In this document: piece by piece, positions 1 through 12,264 of the stretch
Numbering within the stretch: the stretch's first letter is position 1
How the letters are laid out: every line of letters starts with the position of its first letter
Assembly (NCBI RefSeq): GCF_036321535.1
Contig: NC_087436.1
Span: 80,354,001 to 80,418,000 of the forward strand
Length of the DNA stretch: 64,000 nt
Reading direction: 5' to 3'
From: Camelus dromedarius
Lineage: Eukaryota
Translations under genes and position numbers: made by a program
Notes under the pieces: generated by a model
What the model was told of the DNA's origin: nothing
What the model saw: the letters and a program-made list of their open reading frames with translations, nothing else
The model's database searches: none

Positions 1-196
1 AAATTTTTGTTGACTGATAAGTTAGAAATTAAATTTGAAATGGGGAAAAAAACACTTTGGTGGAATATATGCTGAACTAGTCTTCTAAACTTGGTTTTGA
101 TCTTTGTGGCATCATCAAAATGTAGAAAATAGTTTTACTGAGTTTCAGGGGGAAAAGTTCCAAATATAAAAAAAGCTAATTGTTTTTAAATTATAG

Positions 197-336
197 GTAC
201 TTTCTACTGTGTGTAAATTACTTTTTCTATGGAGAGACTGTAGCTGATTATTTTGCTACATTTGTTCAAAGAGAAGAGCAGCTTCAGTTCCTCATTCGCT
301 ACCACAGATTTATATCATTTGCCCTCTATCTGGCAG
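197..336 (+). CDS. CDS1: CDS1 coding exon (9th from last; probably exon 5)
   Basis: ttatag|G acceptor and G|gtaagt donor; 140 nt; translates (W)[46 protein letters not shown](G), matching CDS1 as recalled. Confidence 0.96.
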
Positions 337-729
337 GTAAGTTAAGGAAAATATTCTGTATTCATATGTAGCCAATATGTGTTACATGCTTATTTTTTAT
401 GTTATTTAAATTCACAGCATCCTTTATTTGTACATTTTATCCAGCTTTTCTTTTATATATCATGTATAAAAAGATATTTCTTTCACCATGGTGTTAAATA
501 GCAATTACTCCCTATTGTTAAAACAAATTTGCTTAATAGACACCTCATACATTTGAACATTTTCTTTGCAAATTGTAGTAAACAAACCTATAAATATATG
601 GACTGATCATTAACCAAGTATAATTTACAAAGAAACTTTCACATACACGATTTCACGTTGCTTTCTTTGTCCCTCAGAAATAGAGTTTCCATATAGAATT
701 AATCAGGGTACTTGGTTTTATTGAGATGG

Positions 730-739
730 TGTGTATGTA

Positions 740-781
<42 letters not shown>

Positions 782-800
782 ATATATTATATATATAATA
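730..800. repeat. Compound (TG)n(TA)n microsatellite
   Basis: Direct reading of the sequence. Confidence 0.95.
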
Positions 801-859
801 TGCATATTTCTTTATAGTATGCTGTGTCATGTTTTTATGATTTTACATTAGGAATCAGA

Positions 860-1044
860 ACTATGTAAGTTTAAAAAACTAAAGTTCTAAATGTTTTTAG
901 AAACAATGAATAGTACATATATGTGAATTAAAAAATATGTGCAGTATATTGTGTAGATGTATTTACATGCAATATATTGTATATGTGCTGTCAAATTGTA
1001 ACAATTCTACCTAATAAAACTGAAAAATAAAAAACAAATAATTA
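860..1044 (+). mobile_element. 5'-truncated retroposed tail of the HAL1-like family
   Basis: TSD attaggaatcaga (847-859) / attaagaatcaga (1045-1057); AATAAA at 1013 then an A-rich tail; 860-945 matches the reverse complement of 25208-25295. Confidence 0.8.
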
Positions 1045-1159
1045 ATTAAGAATCAGATACTTAGGATAACATTAGAATTAACAGGTTTATTTTGCATAAA
1101 AGTTTATGAATCATAAAATAATTTATAAGGAATTGATTTAGATACGTACTTTTTAAAAC

Positions 1160-1305
1160 TTAGATTGCCAATATGAATCCTGGTTCCACCACTTGGTCGC
1201 TGAATAAACTTTAGGAAATTTAATTAATCTATCTGTGCCTCAGTTTCTTTGTAAGGCACTTAGAACAGTACCTGGCACCATTTTAATATTTATTATTATT
1301 ATTAT
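1160..1305 (+). mobile_element. MIR SINE fragment
   Basis: ctgtgcctcagtttc and gcacttagaacagtacctggcac resemble the MIR core and tail. Confidence 0.75.
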
Positions 1306-3469
1306 TTTCACTTTTAAAGGAGAAAATGAAATTTGTTAGTTTCTCTTTAGCTCTTAATAGTTACTGTTTTAGCTCTGAGGAGTTTCTCAGTAAATTAATT
1401 TTTACCCAGTTGGTATAATTTTGGAAAATGAATACAATATGGATGACTTTCCATTTCTCATTAAACAAAAAAGTATAGAGTGTACGGGGATGAAAGTCCA
1501 GTCCTTTAAAAGCATGTCACTTTATTCGGTAATTATGATGCTGTTCTTCATGGTGCTCCTACTTTAATAAACACCCCTTCAGATCTTGCTCTCTTTTATT
1601 TATAATTCTAGAAGGCCAGAGAATGAAATATAATCTGAAATGATAATGGTAATTTTCAGAGAATCATTTTTGGGGCAGGAGGACCTACGTTTTCCAAAGA
1701 AATTTCCCATTTTAATTCAGGTTTTTGTTAAGTCCAAGTATCTCAGTCCATTACTTTTTTTTTTTTTTTGAATTATAAATGGTGTATGTAAAATAGGTTC
1801 TTGGAGATATTGAATGTAACTGTTGAATATAGTTATCTTAATTCTTAGAAATAGATATTGAAAAGTATTTCTGTCATTTCTGGGGCAAAAGAAGTTATTC
1901 ATTCTAAGATAGTCATTCCATTTGAAATTCTAATCAGTTTAGAAGAATCATGATTATAGAGAGATTAATAATAACTGCTAACAGCTAAAATTTGGGGAAT
2001 AAAACACTTGACTCTGATTTTATGTTTATTAAAGCATGTTTGTGACTTTTTTTCTTGGTAGAAACTTTGAGTAGTTTCTCTCACTTATCAAACAGAGAAG
2101 CTTGATTTATTTTGTTAAATGTAAGGTAAATTCTGGGATGAATTCTTTATTATTAAAGGGGAGAAGAATACAGTAACTTCTCAGTTTATATTTAGACTGA
2201 CAAGACTTCTTTTCTGGCATTTTGAGTTTAAAAAATAATTTTAGCAAGATAAGTATCTATGGTGACTTTTGTTATTGAACACAACAACTATTTCATATAT
2301 AATTATTTTTATAATTTCTTAATAGTAAAATTATAATTAATTAAAACATTAATCATTTATATCATTAATATGTCTTTTAGTTTAAAAAGCAGATATTGTC
2401 AAAAGACTTGTAATATAAACGATAACCCTGCACCCCACACTTACAGGTTTTTTTTTTTCACTTTTCTAAGTAATATGCCTGTGTCTTAACTTATTTTAGG
2501 CATTGTCTATTGACTTCCTGTAATAACCTCATTTCTCTATACTTAGTTTTTTATTGTCATTTTTATATTTTTAAACAGATACATAAAATACCACTTTCTA
2601 TGGAGCCAAGTAGTATCTTTCATTACGTTTCTGTTTTTTTTTTTTTAACAAGTTTGAATTTTTCCTGAACTTAATAGTTGCTCTTTGAGCTTTTCTTTTC
2701 CACCTTCATAATTTGTGCATAGGAATCCTTAATTTTCCTTTTGAGTCTATCCCATATCTATTTGTCATTTTTTCCAAATGTTCACACAAATCAGAGTTGT
2801 CAGATCCCTTTTTCCCAGGAGACCTCTGTCCCAGGGACCGCGGGGTCCTGTTCTTATTTGCCCTGCCCACCTGTAAGCCTGCTGCCCAGCTGTCCCCTTG
2901 CAGTTTGGCTCTTCCGTTTCTTCCATCCTGTGTCTTCCAGTTTCTGGGATAACACCCTCATTCTGCCGAGGCATAGCCTCTAATCGTTTGCTTTGACATG
3001 TGCTTAGAAGGTCAGCGTTTTATGTTCATACATTTCTAATTGACGTCTTTATTCTGTCTCACAACTGACTGCTTTGGCCCCACTTGTTAGCAGCCGACGT
3101 TTGCTTAACACTCAAGCTTGGAAGTCCAGGCCTCAGCCCTGCCTTCCGCTGCTCAGCCTCTGCCGCTCAGTTTTCTCTGGAGGATACTTCTAGTTGCCCT
3201 GATTTCTCAAGTCTGCTGAAAGTCATCCAGTCTGTTTTCCAGCTTCCAAATTTTATAGCCATTTCTCTTCTGTTTTCCTTGACATTTCTTTAGTTCTCTT
3301 TGCCCTGTAGGTTTTTGCCTCAATTTCTTTAACGTGATTTATTGGGCTACCAAGATGGAATAGAAATAAATGTCCATGATCAAGCTGCCATTTTAAAACA
3401 AAAGTCTTTGACTAGTATTTTATTTTCCCTTTGCTAAAATCAACAATTTGTTCTTTTTTCTCCTTGTCC

Positions 3470-3715
3470 TGGATTGACTGGGCTTCACTGAGCAGTTCTA
3501 ACTGAGGGCCTCCCCTCTGGTTGTGGTCAGATGGAGACAGTGCTGGTCACTTAAGTCCCGAGTGGGCTAGGTGCCCGAGGTGGCTCTCTCATGGCCACAG
3601 TTAGTGCTGGCTCCTGCCCTGAGCCCCCACGGGTGGCCTCTCTCTGGGGCTTGGCACTGGGAGCACCACGGCTGGCTTCTGAGTAGGGAGTGTGCCAAAA
3701 GCCAGGTGGCTTGGG
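3470..3715. mobile_element. Probable decayed MaLR (MLT1-type) LTR fragment
   Basis: Resemblance to MLT1 LTR sequence recognised by eye only. Confidence 0.4.
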
Positions 3716-4424
3716 AATCCTCACCTAGGTTGGTTTTTCAAAACTAGTTGTTAAAAATGAAAACATAATATATTCCCACAGGAAAAATTCAGACTGAAAA
3801 GGAGTATTGCATGATATCTCCCTCCTACCTCAGAGCCTCACTTACTGTCTCTGGGGTCTTACTGCCACTATTCCAGACACTTTTCGAGCGTTCAGGCTGA
3901 TAGGGTCATATCCACCTTCCCTCATTTTCTCACACAAATGAGACCAGACTATTCTGTACCTGTTTTTTTCCCCCACTTAATATAGTGTATGAGTGGTTTT
4001 ATGTCAGCATATCTAAACCTATCTCACTTTTCCCATAGCTGCAGTTACATCTCTGTTGATGTGCGTATAGCAAAATCTGATGGGGAGAACGTCAGAAAAT
4101 AAGGCAACGACTATTTCCTTGGCTTATATTCCCTTTGTGTTTGCTATAACTTAAACACTTGAGAGTAACTTCTCAATTGAGAGGGTAAAGACAATGTAAC
4201 TTATTTTCTTTCTTGTTTCTTTTTATAACATTGTATACATGATAGCGTCCCAACCAACCCTTTTTAGTAATTATTTGTTCATCCCCTAAACTTTCTGACT
4301 CTACTTTTATAAAATAAGATCAATATTTCTTCTTTTTCTAACTGATTTCTGCCATGGATATCGCTTACCACTTGCTCTTTTATAGAGAATCGCAGAAGCT
4401 CATTGAAAGTCATCAGTGTTGTTT

Positions 4425-5010
4425 TTTCAACAAATACTTGAGTGCTTTCCAAGTGCTGGTACAGTTTGTGGTGTTGAGGATACAAGGGGAAATAACGCTG
4501 GTAGCATACCTTCCAGGGTCTTGTAACTGCTGAGACACGTGTTCCCTGGTTTATTGCTGAAATGTGAACAAGGATCTCTAAGAGCGAGGAGGAGGGGAAG
4601 GAGGGCCTTGCTATGTTGGGGTGGGAAGGCCATAGAAGGCCTTTGAGAAGAGATGACAAATGCTGTGAAAAGCAAAGAAGAAGCAGGTGTTTGCCAGGGG
4701 GATAGTGGGAAAGGGCATTCCAGGCAGAGGGAGCAGCTGTGCAGGCTTTTGGGAATGAGAGGATGGCATGTTCGGGACCAGTGGCAGCCCTGAGATTTGC
4801 AAAGGTAGGCAGGAGCCACATCTTGAGAAGCTTTGTGTATCGTGGGAAGGATTTGGGCTTTATCCCTCGGAAACCACTGAAGGATTTTAAGCTAAGAGTA
4901 TAATATGACCAAATTTGTAATTAAATGCAGGATGTGTTGGGAGACATTAATAGTGATAAGATAGGAAGCCACTACTCTAATTTGCCCTAAATATAATGAG
5001 GGCCTGAACC
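4425..5010 (-). mobile_element. L2 LINE 3' fragment
   Basis: ttcaacaaatacttgagtgc is the reverse complement of the L2 3' end; gggcattccaggcagaggg and ccactgaaggattttaagc are typical L2 blocks. Confidence 0.75.
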
Positions 5011-5319
5011 ATTTAGGCTTATATTTAATACTATGAAGGCTATAAATTAAAAAAAAAAATTAAAATACTATTGGCTGATCTTAAAAACCAGTTATTGTTT
5101 ATCTATGAAAAATTGCTTTTGTATCCCGAATTCTTGGCCTACAACATTGTTGTTGTTGTTGTTGTTGTTGAGATAATTGTATATTTGCATGTAGCTGTAG
5201 GAAATAATAGAGATATCCCTTATATACTTTGCTTAGTTTCCACCAGTGGTAATATTCTGGAAAACTACAGTGTAAGATCATACCAGAATGTTGACATTAT
5301 CAGTCTTACGAATGTACTT

Positions 5320-5417
5320 ATATTTAATTAATTAATTAAGTGGTGGTACTGGGGATTGAAGCCAGGACCTTGGGCATGCCAAACATGCGCTCTACCACTG
5401 AGCTATTATCCTCCCCC
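5320..5417 (-). mobile_element. tRNA-derived SINE (camelid vic-1-like)
   Basis: Minus strand has A box tagctcagtggtagagc and B-box-like gcttcaatcccc, plus an AT-rich tail; TSD acgaatgtactt / acaaatgtactt. Confidence 0.85.
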
Positions 5418-5694
5418 GAAACAAATGTACTTTTAAAATGCAACTTTGTAGTAAACATGGAGCTACTCGAATGAAATTTTCGATATAAATCATGCCTCGT
5501 ATTCTATATCTGTTATCATTTTATGTGTGTCCTAAATATGGTCCTGTTAAACCATAATTACCCACTTTGTGTCTCTCTTATTTTTTTTAATTCCCAGTGC
5601 TTAGCACAGGGTCTGGTATGCAGGTTCCCAGCACACATTTATTGGATGAATGATCAAGAGGCTGAGAACATGCACATTGACACAGAGTGCTTCT

Positions 5695-5932
5695 TTTTTT
5701 TATGGCTTATTGTTATTATTATTTTAATTGAAGTCTAGTCAGTGTACAATGTTGCATCAATTTCTGGTGTACAGCATAATGTTTCAGTCATCCATATACA
5801 CACATATAATCCTTTTCATATTCTTTTTCATTATAGGCTACTGTAAGATATTGACTATAGTTACCTCTGCTATACAGTAGAAACTTGTTGTTTATCTATT
5901 TTATGTGTAGTAGTTAGTACCTGCAAATCTTG
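5695..5932 (-). mobile_element. L1 3' UTR fragment (same type as 20386-21037)
   Basis: Reverse complement resembles the 3' end of the L1 at 20820-21030; T-rich tail on the left. Confidence 0.8.
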
Positions 5933-6462
5933 ATCAGTGTGTTGGTTGCTGGTTCTTGAGGCCTTACTGGTGATTCTTGAAGTGATTGGCAACACTCATG
6001 AGCTTAGTCTAGAAAATGGAATTAGACTTTAAAACAGGAGTAAGGAAGTAGAAAGTGTGCTCTCTTGAGATATTGGTACCTTTCTCTCATTATGCTGTGA
6101 AAAATCTTTGGAATTCTTCTCATTAAACAACATTCCAAAGGTCCTGTCCAAATTTTAGTTCTGCGGTGGGCAAATGACTTTGTATAGGTCTTAGCAGATT
6201 TAAAAAGCAGAGACAACACAAGCTCTCTCACTGACATTGAATTTTAGTAAAATAAAATGTAGATCTATCCAGGTCTGATCCTTTCACCAAGGCACACAGA
6301 TTAAATGACTTGTTTAATATCATACCAAATGACTAGGACCTGGAAGTCATTATGACACTTAGATAATTTTATCGTAAAACGAATTTGATAGCAAAGAGAA
6401 AATCATAGGAACAACATTTTCTCTAGAATCTAGATATATTGTAAAAAGATCTTGGTGGCTTA

Positions 6463-6600
6463 TCTTTTATCTATCTATTTATTTATTTATTTAAGGGAAG
6501 TTATTAGGTTTATTTATTTTTAATGGAGGTACTGGGGATTGAACCCAGAACCTAGTGCATGCTAGGCACGCACTCTACCACTGAGCTATACCCTCCCCCT
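6463..6600 (-). mobile_element. tRNA-derived SINE (camelid vic-1-like)
   Basis: Minus strand gggggagggtatagctcagtggtagagtgc...gggttcaatccccagtacc with a (TAAA)n tail; 16-bp TSD agatcttggtggctta / agatcttggcggttta. Confidence 0.88.
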
Positions 6601-9549
6601 AGATCTTGGCGGTTTAGATTGGAGGCCCTTTAGAAATGAGACCAGACATGTGACCACATGTCTCATAATGATGGATGAATAAGCTTAAGATGTTGGACCC
6701 TTAATAATATCACCTGAAGATCTCTTTAGCCAACCTGTGATAGGCATATTACAGGCCTATTATGTTTAGTATTTATTTTGCTTATATTTATGCATTACTA
6801 ACTATTTCATTTTTAAAAACTTTAAGGAGAAGTTATGACTTGAATATAATACTTTGAATTCAAGAAAATCAATGGACATGTAAGATTAAATTATAGCTAA
6901 AATTAATGCATGATTAGGAATTTTTTCCCAGACATCCTGAATATCTTTTATCTCAAAGGATGTTGATAAACTCTTTAGAAAGATACCACACATAACTATT
7001 CATAAGGGACTGTATCTCCAAAACCACTTACAGTTTTTGAATTAAAGCTGAATAGAATCTGTACACCTGCTAGTCTTGTTCTGCACCATATACTCACCAG
7101 GCAGATTAAGAGAAAACTTTTTTGTCTTAGCCTAATATGGTTGGTTTATGTGAATTTCTACAATGCGTGGTTGCTTAAAAACTTTTTTAAAAAACAACTC
7201 AGTTGTATTCTGAATATGGGCACACATAATACAGTGTGCTTCTGAATTTTTTAAATGTGATATTTCAAATGTTTTGGAGTTCTGATTAGTTAGGTGAGTG
7301 TATTGAAAAACAGAGCCTCATGAAAGGGTGAGGGATGAGTCAGTAAGCTCTAGGATTTAATCCTGGGTCCATCTGTCTCCTTTTTGATTTAAGGACTATA
7401 TGTGTTTATTGAATTGGTTAATCACCAATAAGAAATTTTAAAAACAACTGTATTATTTCTTTATATGTTCTGTCTCTTCAGCTAGACTGTGAGCTCTCTG
7501 GAACAACTGTCTTATCCGTTTTTTGTATCTTGTGCCTGGTGCATCTTAAGTGCTCAATACACAACTTTTGATTGTCCATTTTTCTGAAATTCCCTCTATC
7601 CCATCTTTTGGACTTTTCAATATCTTTTTCCCCCCATTTGCTTCTCCTGACTCCTTTAGAAATCACATTCTTTTTTTGTTCTTGTTGAATACACCACTGT
7701 TTAGTCTGTTGGGTAGCTGGGTCTCCCTAACCACCTGGGACCTCTTGGGTACTGGGCAATACACATCTTCGCATGGACAGCACCAGGCACAGTGTTGTGT
7801 ATAAACTGGTGATCAGTAAGTGTAACTAAACATAATTACCTATCAACAACCATGTGTTAGGAAGCTTTTTCAATGAATAGTTTTATTTACAATACTGTAA
7901 CAAGTCCTGTAATTTTAATTGGAAATATAACCATACAAATATTCTTTATTAATTAAAAAGTAAAAGTGGGGATCCAAATGTACAAAGTTATCCTTTCCAT
8001 AGACTTGTTGCAATATAGCACATATGTATTTTTACATATGTAAATTTAAAATACACACATAAGTAGATGGTTGTGAATGAAAAAGTAAATTTATATGTTC
8101 CTGTTTCAGATTCTTTTTGTTTGAAAATAATACTTAACCTTAGACATGCTAGGAAAACCCTTTACACCATTCTCCCCCAAATTCAAAGAACTGTCTTAAT
8201 GTATCTCGGAGTCGGATAATTGTACCCTCTATTAGAACACCCTAAAACGCTGCATGTTAACTTGATGTAACAGTGAAATTGGATCAGGTAAAAGTGAGTT
8301 GCCAAGCTCTCCTGGATAAAATGATCATTAGGAAAGCGTTAAATGAGTCTGCTGGTAATTTTGTTTGAAGAAAGACTTAAGGGTGAACAATATTACACAA
8401 TTTCAAGAAAGAGGAAACCAGACATGTTGGAGTATGTGGGAGATAATTCATCGTCAGTGATGTTGAGAAGTCCCCGAGACCGTGCTGGCAGAGCCGGCGA
8501 GGTCCATTTGGACAGAAGGGGAGATTCCAGAGGCATCTGCCGTGTGTCTGCTTTGCTCTTATCCCATTAGCTTCCGAACCAAGTCCAGTCTCCATTCGCC
8601 TTCAACCATAGGCTAATGGCATAAAACAGCATAGAACTTTCATTATTCCTTGAGCCGCAGGTCTACCTGCTAGGGAAGAAAAAATTAAAAGCAGTGATTT
8701 TTAAAGAGGTCTTTTAAGCTACTGGTGATTTCAGTGCCATGAATTCCATGTCTTAACACCCCCCCCCTTTCTTTCTCTGAAGAAAGTGACATATGGCTGT
8801 CACTTGTGCCTCTACTCAGAAAATGTTTCCATATTTCTTTTGCAGTTCAACCAGTCAGATTCTGTAGATGACAAATAGGAGGTGAGGTAGGATCTGGGAG
8901 CCAGTATGCATTTTCTTCCTTTATCATCATCCTTTCCACTGACATTCCAAGTCACTCATCAAAAAACAGCTGAAGACAGCTATTGTTTGATTCTTTGCTC
9001 TGGTCAGAGTAGTAGTAACCTCGCTTACCCTAGTGGGTAGACTTGCTTTGGGGAGTATAACTTGGATATACAAAGTCTAGTGTTTATTTCACATGGGCTA
9101 GACTGACAGTTCATTTTCTATCTCAGAGAATTCACTCTCTGAAGATATTGCAGAATAGGATGCATGAGTGGCTGCTGATCTAAAATTAAACTTCACTTAT
9201 GCATTTCCCAATCTATGTCTGTAAAAAAAAAATACTTAGGATCTTTAGAACTTTATTGATACATTGGGCAAAAAGTGCTTCATATTGCCTCCTATTATTT
9301 AGTATATATAATTATTAGATTTCAATTAGGTAGAATTTTTATTTAGTAAAATTTCATTGTAATAAATTTGTAGGATATAAACAGAAACAAAGAAAGAAAA
9401 AAATAACAGAAACAAAATACTGTTTGTGATTCTTGAAATTATTAAGAGTATTATATTTTACTATAGTTATTATAACAAGGCTCTGAGAAACTTCAAATTA
9501 TTCTTAACCCGAGTCTTGCTGATAACAGTTTATAGAACCGCATGACTCT

Positions 9550-9588
9550 CCTATACGTCAATAAAAATATATATATGCAAAAAAAAAT
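9550..9588 (+). mobile_element. Ultra-short L1 3'-terminal insertion
   Basis: ctatacgtcAATAAAaatatatatatgc(A)9 between perfect direct repeats gcatgactct (9540-9549, 9589-9598). Confidence 0.7.
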
Positions 9589-9706
9589 GCATGACTCTTG
9601 AGGATCAGTTGGATCTAAAGGTTTGACTCTTTTGTAGTTCCATGATCCCCATTAAATTAGTAAAGCCGTTTGTGCATTTTTATTCATCTGTAAAATGGAG
9701 ATAAAA

Positions 9707-9886
9707 ATGGAGATAATAATAGGTACCTACATCATAGGAACATTGGAAGGATTAAATGAGTTCATATTTATAAAATGCTTAGACAAGAACCTGAAACATA
9801 GTAAGTATTCAATAGCTGTTAGCTGCCATAATAATTATTATTAAATTTTATATTATGTAGAGATTGAAACATTCTATACATACATT
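9707..9886 (+). repeat. 180-bp direct repeat, copy 1 (MIR 3' part plus flank)
   Basis: Matches 11248-11426 with 8 substitutions and 1 indel by manual alignment. Confidence 0.95.
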
Positions 9887-10230
9887 TGATGGATGGATAT
9901 AGCAAATAAATTTTAGTTAACTGAAATTCAGGATAGGTTTTTCCATGTGCACACATTAGCAAAGGACTAATTAGCTTAATTAATGCTGGGATGTTTATTG
10001 AATCTATGCTATGGAATATATTAGGCATTTTGGAGAACACAGGATCATTTCCTTCAAGAAACTTTTACTTAAAATGCTTAATATGAGAGTAGGAGAGATG
10101 GTGTATGAGTGAGTGGCTAGATGTGGTATAGAAATTTGGCTTACATGAACCCAGTGAGTCTTACACTTTGTAACAGATTACACAACAAATACATGTCTTG
10201 TTTTGTTTTGTTTTGTTTTTTCTTGAACAG

Positions 10231-10289
10231 GTTTCTGCATGTTTGTACTGAGCTTGGTGAAGAAACATTATCGTCTGCAGTTTTATATG
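10231..10289 (+). CDS. CDS1: CDS1 coding exon (probably exon 6)
   Basis: T-rich tract then aacag|; 59 nt; (G)FCMFVLSLVKKHYRLQFYM; donor |gtgtgt; phase continues from the previous exon. Confidence 0.96.
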
Positions 10290-11247
10290 GTGTGTATTAA
10301 TCATTATTCTGTAGTCACTATATGTAATAAAAACCCTTACCTTTAAGTTTTTTCTGTAGTGAGAGGATATAATCTAATCTAGTTGTCTAAATGTGTGGGA
10401 TATTTGAATCTTGGATGATTATTACATACAAAAGGTTGAAGTTGAAAGTTTTTTGAGGATTTAAAAATTTTAACTGTTTCCAAAGTTTCCTAAAACCTTT
10501 TTCTTTGAATATTCTCAAAGGCTATAAAATTAAAATCAAGTATTTGAATTCCCTAAATCTAGAGATTGCAAGTGTTTCCATAATCTCCAGAACAGTTAGT
10601 AAGTCATAGGGAAGCATCTGCCATATTTTTCTATGGAAAGTGTGCCTACCTGCTCTTAGCCTGGGCTTAGGGGGACAGAGCTGATATTTTCTTAGCAGCT
10701 ATGGTTAGTCATCTGGTTGCTGAATTCTTTTTAGTCAAAGGTATTTCATTCAGTGTATAATTGAACATTGTTCAGTGTTTTATGACATTTATCACTGTAC
10801 ACGATGAACTTTTCTTCCTTAAAAGGAAGAAATGCAAAATGCAAAAATGCAAAAATGCCTTTAAAATGCAAAATGTAGTATTTAGATCTGGGAATTCATG
10901 GATTAGTTAGGCTTGTTTTGAATTTGGGGTACATTTCCTATCCTTTGTGCTTTGCTTTTCTCCATTAAGACATTCTGCTGAGCACCCTTACTGGGAAATT
11001 GTAGTATTCTTTACATCTCTAATTTCTGGGGATCTTGAGAGGAAAGAGTAAAATTACCAGTGAAAATCTAGAAACCGTCTCAGAAATAATAGACTCTGCT
11101 ATGAAAATATAAATGGTTCCTATTGGAAAAAAAGTCATTTATGCATTTTGAAGCAACCAGGGTAAAAGAGAATTGGATCTTTTAAGCAGATGAAAATAAA
11201 ACAACCAGTTTAATATATTTTTTGCTGAAATGGAAAATAGGTTTATT

Positions 11248-11426
11248 ATGGAGATAATAATAGGTACCTACATCATAGGAATGTTGGGAAAATTAAATGA
11301 GTTCATACTTACAAAATGCTTAGACAAGAGCCTGAAACATAGTAAGTATTCAATAGCTGTTAGCTGCCATAATAATTATTATTAAATTTTATATTATGTA
11401 GAGATGAAACATTCTATACATACATT
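11248..11426 (+). repeat. 180-bp direct repeat, copy 2
   Basis: Matches 9707-9886. Confidence 0.95.
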
Positions 11427-12181
11427 AAATAAATCAAAATCCAAAGAATATTGAAAGATCGTTTTATAAATTCCAATAAAAATTATGAGACTAGTACACA
11501 GAAACATTAGCTTTTTTAATTCACATTCTACTCTTACTGATGATGCTGAAATTCCCTGAAGTGGCCATCCCTCAGGCTAGATGGAATTGATGAAATACAG
11601 AGCCTTTGAAAATTTGAAATTGAATACTGTCATTGAACAGAGCTGTGAAGATCAACTTTCAAGTACGAAAAGATTGAGTTTAAGGGCAATTGATCCCTGC
11701 AGGTTTGAATCATTTGAAGTTAGAAGTCACTCTTTATGGGAAAATGTTACCATAGTGAACTCAGAGAAGAATCGTTTTTAGCATTTCCAATAACTGGAGA
11801 ATACAGCCAGAGTAAAATTTTAGTTCCTATCTAAATGCCACAGCAACACCAAAAACTTCTCATTATAATTTAAATTTCATTATTCAAGATTATGGTTTAG
11901 TTTTTAATATGTGTTTTTAAGCTTCGTAGTGTATCTCAGTATTATTAGCATTCCATTTGTGTATAAACTAAGATTATTTTATTAAATGTTTTCATGTTTT
12001 TAAGGTTTTAGTAGGCACCAAAATAAATATGATTTACTAACGGCATTTATTTTGTATGACTTTATCGTATGAAATATGACCAGTAGTCATGCTAGAAATT
12101 CGGTTTTCAAAATTGCTGTTGCTTCCTGAGCTGCACTGACCGTCATGTTCACTAATTGTTGTGTTGTTGGGCTGTTAACAG

Positions 12182-12264
12182 TTCGCATGGACTCATGTCA
12201 CTTTACTGATAACAGTTACTCAGTCACATCTTGTCATCCAAAATCTGTTTGAAGGCATGATATG
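12182..12264 (+). CDS. CDS1: CDS1 coding exon (probably exon 7)
   Basis: taacag| acceptor; 83 nt; FAWTHVTLLITVTQSHLVIQNLFEGMI(W); donor |gtaagg. Confidence 0.96.

Noticed and set aside
4279..4821. 180-aa and 130-aa minus-strand ORFs
   Set aside because: They lie within a decayed L2 element; chance open frames.
5320..6600. tRNA genes suggested by A/B boxes
   Set aside because: No complete acceptor stem; AT-rich tails and TSDs identify them as SINEs.
8784..8805. Hairpin AAGTGACA-tatggc-TGTCACTT
   Set aside because: An 8-bp stem is expected by chance in 64 kb and is too short for a pre-miRNA.
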